DNA of 64,000 nucleotides from Octopus vulgaris (Eukaryota): NCBI GenBank assembly GCA_951406725.2, contig OX597832.1, positions 6,138,001 to 6,202,000 of the forward strand, read 5' to 3'. Shown piece by piece: positions 55,965 to 64,000 of this stretch (position 1 is its first letter; each line of letters starts with the position of its first letter). The notes under the pieces were generated by a model. It saw only the letters and a program-made list of their open reading frames with translations, ran no database searches and was not told where the DNA came from. The position numbers and the translations under genes were made by a program.

Positions 55965-56063
55965 GTCAGCTGATTGCCAAAGTAATCTTCTCTACCTACA
56001 AACCTCGTGGGAGATAACAACAAAAAACCTCTTCAATCCACATCAAGTGTGATCACACCAAAA
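55961..56063 (+). other. Non-coding exon 1 (5' UTR) of the secreted peptide gene
   Basis: Unique sequence, contains no ATG, follows TATA/Inr and ends at a consensus donor AAA|GTAAGT (56064-56069). Confidence 0.65.
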
Positions 56064-56326
56064 GTAAGTATTGCTTTGACATCGTTTAGCCGCACTTTTC
56101 GAGAACACTTTTACTTCATTTGACTTTTGAAAGCTGAAATATCCTCTCGAGTTAAACACTAACTTTACATTCAATTTTTCTCTTTCTTTTATTTTTGCCA
56201 TTGTCTTTTTCGCTCTCACGAATTTTTCTCCATTTCTACATCTCCATACACATTCACACGCAGGTATTTCTCATCGGCTTTGTAATTCCATATATTAACT
56301 CTCTTCCAGCAAATCTTTAATTATTG

Positions 56327-56955
56327 AGGCGGCGAGCTGGCAGAAACGTTAGCACGCCGGGCGAAATGCTTAGCGGTACTTCGTCTGCCGTTACGTTCTG
56401 AGTTCAAATTCCGCCGAGGTCGACTTTGCCTTTCATCATTCCGGGGGTCGATAAATTAAGCACTAGTTACGCACTGGGGTCGATGTAATCGGCTTAATCC
56501 GTTTGTCCCCTTTACGTTTAGCCCTTTGTGGGCAATAAAGAAATCAGAATTGTTAGCATACCGGGCGAAATGCTTAGCAGTATTTCGTCTATCGTTACGT
56601 TCTGAGTTCAAATTCCGCCGGGGTCGACTTTACCTTTCATCCTTCCGGGGTCGATAAATTATGTACTAGACACACTGGAGTCGATGTAATCGACTTAATA
56701 CCTTTGTCTGTCCTTGTTTGTCCCCTCTACGTTTAGCCCCTTGTGGGCAATAAAGAAATTAGAATCGTTAGCACGCCGGGCAAAATGCTTAGCGGTATTT
56801 CCTCCGTCTACATTCTGAGTTCAAAATCTGCCGAGTTTAACTTTGTCTTTCATCCTTTCGATGCCGATAAAATAAGTACCAGTTGACTATTGAGTCGATG
56901 TAATCGACTATACCCTTATCCCAAATTCCAGGCCTTGTTCCTATAATAGAAACTA
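56327..56955 (+). mobile_element. Head-to-tail trimer of family B SINEs in intron 1
   Basis: Three units starting at ~56327, ~56545 and ~56761, each cagaa..gttagca.gccgggc.aaatgcttagc... Confidence 0.85.
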
Positions 56956-57001
56956 TTATTTCTAACTCTTTAACTTACATCGTCTTTGTCACTTTACACA
57001 T

Positions 57002-57058
<57 letters not shown>

Positions 57059-57160
57059 ACTATTGAACAATTAATCACTCTCCCTATCTAGCTAGCTAAC
57101 TAGTTGTTTACTTGCCAATGAAGCTACCTTGCTACCTCACAATCTACCTCCCTGTCTACC

Positions 57161-57200
<40 letters not shown>

Positions 57201-57624
57201 ACACTCCTTGGCATTGTTTCTACATCAAACTTTCTTCCGATTAAACCCTACACTTTTAACTACTTGCTTACTTACTCCATGTCAATCTCTGGCTATTTAA
57301 TTGCTATACTTCTTTATCCTCTTACACACTTACATATACACACATAATTTCACACAATTTCACTTCTATCCTCTCACATCTACATACTCATATCATTTTA
57401 CCCAATCTTTTTCTCAGCCTCCTATATCTTTTAATGTATTCATATTTTTTCGGTAATCATAATAACATTATATTTTGATCTTCATTTTTCAACAGGTTTT
57501 AAACAAATCTTGATTGTTTTCCCATTCAGCATAAAAGTTTATACACCTGTGTGTGTGTGTGTGAGCATGCATGTATATGTGCGTGCATGCATTTATGTAT
57601 GTGTGTGCATATATACATACATAC

Positions 57625-57659
<35 letters not shown>

Positions 57660-57666
<7 letters not shown>

Positions 57667-57676
57667 ATATATATCA

Positions 57677-57718
<42 letters not shown>

Positions 57719-57929
57719 ATTTACATATATTTACATATATATGTATATATAAATATAAGTAAATATATATGTATATATAAATATATGTAAATATATGTAA
57801 ATATATATATATATAAATATATGTAAATATATATATATATAAATATATGTAAATATATATATATATAAATATATGTAAATATATATATATATAAATATAT
57901 GTAAATATATATAAATATAAATATATGTA

Positions 57930-57961
<32 letters not shown>

Positions 57962-58035
57962 TATATATATAAATATATGTAAATATATATAATCATATAT
58001 AAATATATATAGGTAAATATACGTAAATATATATA
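57660..58035. repeat. AT-rich minisatellite (aaatatatgt/aaatatatat units)
   Basis: Directly visible. Confidence 0.9.
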
Positions 58036-59267
58036 GTGGGAATTTACAAAAAACCTAAAGACGAAGACTGGTGTGTAAACAACAAACATATGTATTAGTT
58101 TAACGCTCGGGGAGTAAGAATATCTTTTACGTTTCGAACCTACGGTCTTCGACAGATAGGAACTTCGATATTCTCCTCAGCAGCGCGCACGCACGCACGC
58201 CTGGAAATGTTAGACTTGCAGCCTGGCAGCATCAAAACTTGTTTAACCTGTAACTAACTGGATTGTTTCTACCATTTTACTTTCTTAAATAGATGCCAAA
58301 AGTATAATAGAAAAATATTTATCATGAAAGATGGGTTCAGCTGGCTTGCCTTTTACCATGTTCTTGTCGTGCCACATAATGTGGACGTTTTCGATAACGA
58401 TCTAGCAATCGATTAAGAGTTACGAAAGTTAAAAGAAAATATCATTGACTCAATAAAAATGATTCATTATTTGCTCAGTCGCTGATGTGCACAATCATCT
58501 TAAGTCTGACTTATGGAAATCTTTATTATTCCAGTTTGAACACTTACAGAATTCATAAGTATTTGAGCCACTTTATATTGTTTAATAGTTGCAAAAACAT
58601 TAGTATTACCATTCTACTGAAGCAGGCTCATTATGACTCTGTTATAAAATATAGTTAAGAAGCAAGAGGGTCGGCTTTTACTAAAGACTGATTCATGATG
58701 CAGAGTAAACCGTGGTCGTAAATTGTAAACTTTATAACTATTATTTCTGTTCGCGAAGGCGGTGAGCTGGCAGAATCATTAGCATGCAAAGCAAAATGCT
58801 TAGCGGGATTTCGTCTGCCTTCACGTTCTGAGTTCAAATTCCGCCGAGGTCCACTCTGCCTTTCATCTCTTCGTGGCCGATAACATAAGCATCAGTTGAT
58901 TGCTGTGGTCGATGTAACCGATTTACCCCTCCCCTAAAATTGCTGGCCCTGTTCGTGGTTATTTTCTAAGGTCGACTTTGCCTTTCATCTTTTCGAGGTC
59001 GATGAAATAAGTACCAAGCAAGTAATGGGTTCGATGAATGTCGAATTACTTTCCTCTCCTACCTTCCCTGCTCTGATTAAGCCTCACCAAGATCTTGGAG
59101 AATGTCCAGGAGAAATATATGAATATCATGTAATCTCACTTCCTACCCTGTACACATTAGGTACATGTAAAAACTCTAAATGAGGAATTTGTAGAACTAC
59201 CTACCATAAAACTCACAAGGAAAGCGCTTGACTTTATTTGTGAGTTCTCTCTCTCTATATCTCTCTC

Positions 59268-59316
<49 letters not shown>

Positions 59317-59893
59317 CTTGGGCAAGTATAAGATCGCTGTTCACACGGCAATGTCACTGCTTTCATGTTTATATACGAAACACAATGTTAAGAAAGCTTA
59401 AGGTGGCGGAGTAGCAGAGTCGTTAGCACGCCGCGCGAAATGTTTAGCGGCAGTTCAGCCGACTTTAGGTTCTGAGTTCAAATTCCGAAGTGGTCAACTT
59501 TGTTTTTTATTCTTTCGGGGTCGATAAAAAAATACCAGTCGAACACTGGGGGTCGATGTAATCGATTTACCCCACCCCTAAAATTGCTAGCCTTGTGTCA
59601 AAATTTGAAACCAATATTAAGGTGATCGCGTAAAAGCGTCTCAAGATGGTATCGAACCTCACAAGAGAATTATTTCAATCTGCTTTCGTTTATTACGTAA
59701 TTTTGAAATTACTTTTGTCGGAAGTTGTAATTTCGATTGGAGTTTCGAGCTTCAGTTTGAAACCATTTCAATTTACTTTCGCTGCTAATGCTTTGGGAAG
59801 CATGAACTTAAGATAATCCAACTTTGCAATATTGTATTAAATGAAAAGCAAGGTATTATTATTCATTCGTTTCTTTCTTTGCAGATTTCAACT

Positions 59894-60035
59894 ATGTCTC
59901 GCCTTGTTCTCATCCTCCTCGTTACATGCTCCACCATGGGCTTCGTACTGGCTGCACCTTCCTACCTAGATGACACCAAAGGTAATACCGTGACACATTA
60001 CATCAGTATCGAAGATTTGAAAAAATTAGCTGATG
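59894..60035 (+). CDS. Secreted prepropeptide, coding exon 1 (gene exon 2): signal peptide and start of pro-region
   Basis: Acceptor ttctttctttgcAG (59883-59884); ATG at 59894 with A at -3; MSRLVLILLVTCSTMGFVLA|APSYLDDTKGNTVTHYISIEDLKKLAD; donor G|GTAAGT at 60036, phase 1. Confidence 0.85.
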
Positions 60036-60334
60036 GTAAGTTCTCTAAAGAATCTTCATTGTCTATAGAAAGTCGGGGAGCTAACAAAAACAATAATAGA
60101 TTAGTTAAAATATCTAGCAGTATTAAATTTCGTCTCGCAACATCACAGATCTCAATATCATCGTGGTCGATTTGTCTTTCACCTCTTTGTAATCAATAAA
60201 ATAAGTTACCAGCAATACTGCATTTTTATAAGATAATCATTTTTAATATCTAAAAAACAAAAGACGTAAAGTCGAAAAAGACAAAACTCGAAACGACATA
60301 AGATGAGGTGTGACTGTATTTGAAATATATACTC

Positions 60335-60546
60335 TCTCTCTTTTACTCTTTTACTTGTTTCAGTCATTTGACTGCGGCCATGCTGGAGCACCGCCTTCAG
60401 TCGAGCAAATCGACCCCGGGACTTATTCTTTGTAAGCCCAGTACTTATTCTATCGGTCTCTTTTGCCGAACCGCTAAGTGACGGAGACGTAAACACACCA
60501 GCATCGGTTGTCAAGCAATGCTAGGGGGACAAACACAGACACACAA

Positions 60547-60577
<31 letters not shown>

Positions 60578-60745
60578 CATATATACGACGGGCTTCTCTC
60601 AGTTTCCGTCTACCAAATCCACTCACAAGGCATTGGTCGGCCCGGGGCTATAGCAGAAGACACTTGCCCAAGATGCCACGCAGTGAGACTGAACCCGGAA
60701 CCATGTGGTTGGTAAGCAAGGTACTTACCACACAGCCACTCCCAT
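60335..60745 (-). mobile_element. SINE family A, full-length, in intron 2
   Basis: Close reverse complement of 3185-3592. Confidence 0.88.
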
Positions 60746-61289
60746 ATAGAAACTATATATAGTTTCGCTTCCATATTTGGAGTTTATTCAAAGACCATTG
60801 AAGGGCTTCACTTTTTATTTATCCAGGGTCGATAAAATAGCAACAGGAAGATGTTGCAAACGATTAAATCACCCATCGCCGTCTTCTTTGTGAATATGAA
60901 CCTTGTACTGATTCAAAAGAAGTCATTATATAGCGAGTCTACTGTGACAATAATTATCTAGTAAACCTGTCCCATCACGCTTGTGTGGTTCTTAGTTAGC
61001 ATCGCCATTGACTTAACACAGTCATAAACATTAGAACTAATCTCTTACTTTTCTGTAAATCCAGATCATAAGACCAAGAAAAACAAAATCTTTCCATAAA
61101 CGCTGATTTGGTAGTTAATTCTCGGAAAATTAAATCCATGGCTGAGTTTCTATTCCAAATAGAAGCTTCTTTAGCTACTAATCTTATGTTTTTGGATACG
61201 CTATAAAATTCATAACTTTTTTATTTCCTCCTTGCAAACAACCATGCAAAGATTTATTATTATACCTATGATCATTACTATTTATGTAC

Positions 61290-61890
61290 ACAAGGTGGCG
61301 AGCTAGTAGAATCGTTAGCACACCGGGCAAAATGCTTATCGGCATTTCGTCTGTCTTTATGTTCTGAGTTCAAATTCCTCCGATGCCTTTCGGGGTTGAT
61401 AAAATAAGTATCAATTAAGCACGGGGGTGGTCTATGTAATCGACTTACACCCTTCCCCGAAATTGTTGGCTTTATACCAACATTTGAAATCATTGTTATT
61501 TATGTAGTCAAGCTGACGAGCTGGTTGAATCGTTATCGCGCCGAAAAAAATGCTTAGCGACATTTCGTCCGCCCTTATGTTCTAAGTTCAAATTCCTCCC
61601 AGATCGACTTTACCTTTCATTCTCTCGGGTTCGACAAAAAAGTACCAGCTGAGTACTGGGGTCTCTGTAATCGACAAGCCCTCCTCCCCAAAATTTCAGG
61701 TTTTGTGCCTATAGTAGAAAGGATTATTGTTTATGTAGTCATTCCAGTTCTTTATGTTCTGAGTTCCGCCAAGATCGACTTTGCCTTTCACCGTTACAGG
61801 GTTGGTGAAATAAGTACCAGTTGAGCACTGGAGTCTATGCACTCGACTAGCCCTGACCCTCGAAATTTCAGGCATTGTGCCTATAGTAGA
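61290..61890 (+). mobile_element. Cluster of three family B SINE copies in intron 2
   Basis: Units at ~61290, ~61510 and ~61750 with the shared core. Confidence 0.8.
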
Positions 61891-63141
61891 AATTTATTTA
61901 TGTATTCATTCATGGTGGCGAGTGCATCGGACGAAATGCTTTAGCGGCATTTCTTCCGGTATCTGGACGATTCGCTTTCAAATCCCGCTTCTTTGTTTCT
62001 TATTGGAATGAAACAAAAAAATTCAGAATTTTTGTAAGTGCAATGAATACAGCATTTCGGCAGCTTTTTCAGTCAATCTATAAAATTAACAAATTAAATC
62101 TTTCCGCTACACTGTAAAATTAATCCTTCCTCTCAAAGCTATGTGGATTTGGAATTAACAGAACAAGCGGATGAAATAATCGTCAGTTATATTGTGATTT
62201 CTTTGCTAACAGCAATGAGCAGAAACTGTGTGCAGCACCTAAGCTGTTTGGGTCATTGAAAGTTGAATGGTTTTCCAGTGACACAATTCAAGTGATGGGA
62301 TGTAAAATGTTGAACCTTTGCCCGGAGGCAATATAGACACAATACTTATTGACAGGAAAGTGAACAAAACCGTTAAAAGCAGGCACATTACAAGGTTGTT
62401 GCTGGAACAGAAATAGCCGATATATGTCGGTCAAAATTAATTCGGTTTAATGTTAATAACCATCCTTTAAAGTATATGCCAAAATTTTTATTCTAATATG
62501 CGGAGAGAACTATGTAATGGAAGAAACGATTTACTTCATTTGTTCAGCGATAAATTATTAAAATATCAATACACGCCAAGCAGATCGGTTACTGTGATAA
62601 AATGTGAACGAATTTTTTCTTTCGCCCAAATCTGTGGCACACCCTCGAGCAGAAGATAATCCCTCGACCAGCTGACTCTTCAAATGATTTAATATTTTTG
62701 GCCATAGGTATTTCACTTGCATTTCGAATTTTTCTTGAACAGATTCGAACTCTTTTACCTGATCCTGAAATCAATAAAGTTAATTACTATTTAACTATTT
62801 CTGATAAGGAAATTCAAGAAATTGGTCATACACTCTTGATTTAATTTAATTTATTCATGATTTCTCGGGTACATAAACATCGTGAATTAAGTAATCTGGC
62901 ATCGACTCCATTGTTGTTGTTTTTTTTATTCCTCGTTAAAGTAATTTTTTTCGCTTACTTTACTAAAACTCTAAAAAATAAAATGAAGTACACACAGCCT
63001 TATCACCTTATAAATATGTAACCTTGAGCATATGCAAAATATTTCTATCTGATTTTTCTATTTTTCTATATATTGATGTTACTTTCTTACTTTTGTTCTT
63101 TAATTATCACTCCATCATATATATATATTTATTTATTTTAG

Positions 63142-63269
63142 TTGCCAGCGATTTGGACAACATCTCCAACATGGTTCAAAGGCGTAAACGCAGTTTGTCC
63201 AGCTTCCTGGTTCAAATCATGACGAAAGCCCAAAAGAACTCAACTACAGCAAGATACGCAATGTTTTAA
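63142..63269 (+). CDS. Secreted prepropeptide, coding exon 2 (gene exon 3): RRKR site and 25-aa mature peptide
   Basis: Acceptor tttatttattttAG (63140-63141). G+TT joins in frame to give VASDLDNISNMVQRRKRSLSSFLVQIMTKAQKNSTTARYAMF, TAA ending at 63269. Spliced CDS is 142+128=270 nt, 89 aa. Confidence 0.85.
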
Positions 63270-64000
63270 AAAGCTAAATTCCACCAGAACCAACGCAAAA
63301 ATGTTGCCTCCAGCAGCTTGGGAAATTGTCTCAGAAAAGAAATGGCCGACAGACTTTGCAAAACTTTCCTGAATGAGCCAAATTAGACACACACAGACAT
63401 ACACACTCAATTATGTGTGTAGACATGAAGAAAATAGATCCCTGGAGTTTTCCCTGTTCGTCCAAACAAAATGGTACAATCGTATAAGGAACTCTTATCT
63501 GCAACCACTAATATTTGTGTAGTTATGTAATGTGAAAGTACGTAACATTGTTATGTATATAAATTTGTCTTTGTATTAACATCTATATATATATATACAT
63601 ATGTATATGGTGTGAGTGATACGAATCATATTTGCTTCCCCAACTCACTTTGAGTCAGAGAAATATATATTTTCATACTTCGTGTAAAACAGCCTACACT
63701 ACTTAGCATCCTAGCATCCAAGGGAAAAAAATACACATACATTTCCATCATGGCATGGAATCTTGTTAGAAAACCAAACTTTTGCAAATAGAATCCGTAT
63801 AGATCCTCTATTTCTTAATGAACATATATATATACTCACACACTAGTGTCCAGTAGTGAATTAAGATTTTTTTTCCTAAGACACAATATTATAAACACAC
63901 AGACACATACAAACATGTACGCACGCACACACACACATATTGTGTCTTAATCTCATCTATTGGTTATTTCTAATCATTAATAGAAATTTTTACCCAGACT

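Noticed and set aside
56327-56955. Regularly spaced repeats suggestive of a CRISPR-like array
   Set aside because: Units are ~215-bp SINE copies without unique spacers, in a eukaryotic context with no cas genes.
59879-60199. Unspliced 106-aa ORF MQISTMSRL...PLCNQ
   Set aside because: It starts at a TTG inside the acceptor and reads through a consensus GTAAGT donor at 60036. The spliced model gives a more coherent precursor.
63024-63141. N-terminal half of the 81-aa ORF (MSICKIF...YLFIL)
   Set aside because: AT-rich intron and pyrimidine tract upstream of the acceptor at 63141.
63270-64000. Polyadenylation signal for the peptide gene
   Set aside because: I found no canonical AATAAA by eye. 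The 3' UTR may extend beyond the window or use a variant signal.

Overview
Eukaryotic, AT-rich, microsatellite-dense genomic DNA. The repeat landscape (three abundant tRNA-derived SINE families, R4/Dong-type and RTE LINE remnants, mariner/Tc1 relics) looks like an octopus or other coleoid cephalopod genome; this is an inference from remembered repeat patterns. Most ORFs in the supplied track are translations of microsatellites or repeat fragments. One host gene is well supported. It is a + strand, three-exon gene at about 55961-63269+, with TATA and Inr, a non-coding exon 1, and phase-compatible GT-AG splicing. It encodes an 89-aa secreted prepropeptide: signal peptide, acidic pro-region, RRKR convertase site and a 25-aa C-terminal peptide SLSSFLVQIMTKAQKNSTTARYAMF. 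I cannot assign it to a known family. No host gene is recognisable in the ~56 kb upstream. That stretch carries several hammerhead-ribozyme-like motifs (best at 8383-8460), a perfect 45-bp palindrome, a nested inverted SINE duplication, a foldback element and a DD37E (TRT-type) Tc1-like transposon with two 3' ends. Repeat boundaries were read by eye and are approximate; gene splice coordinates were counted exactly.
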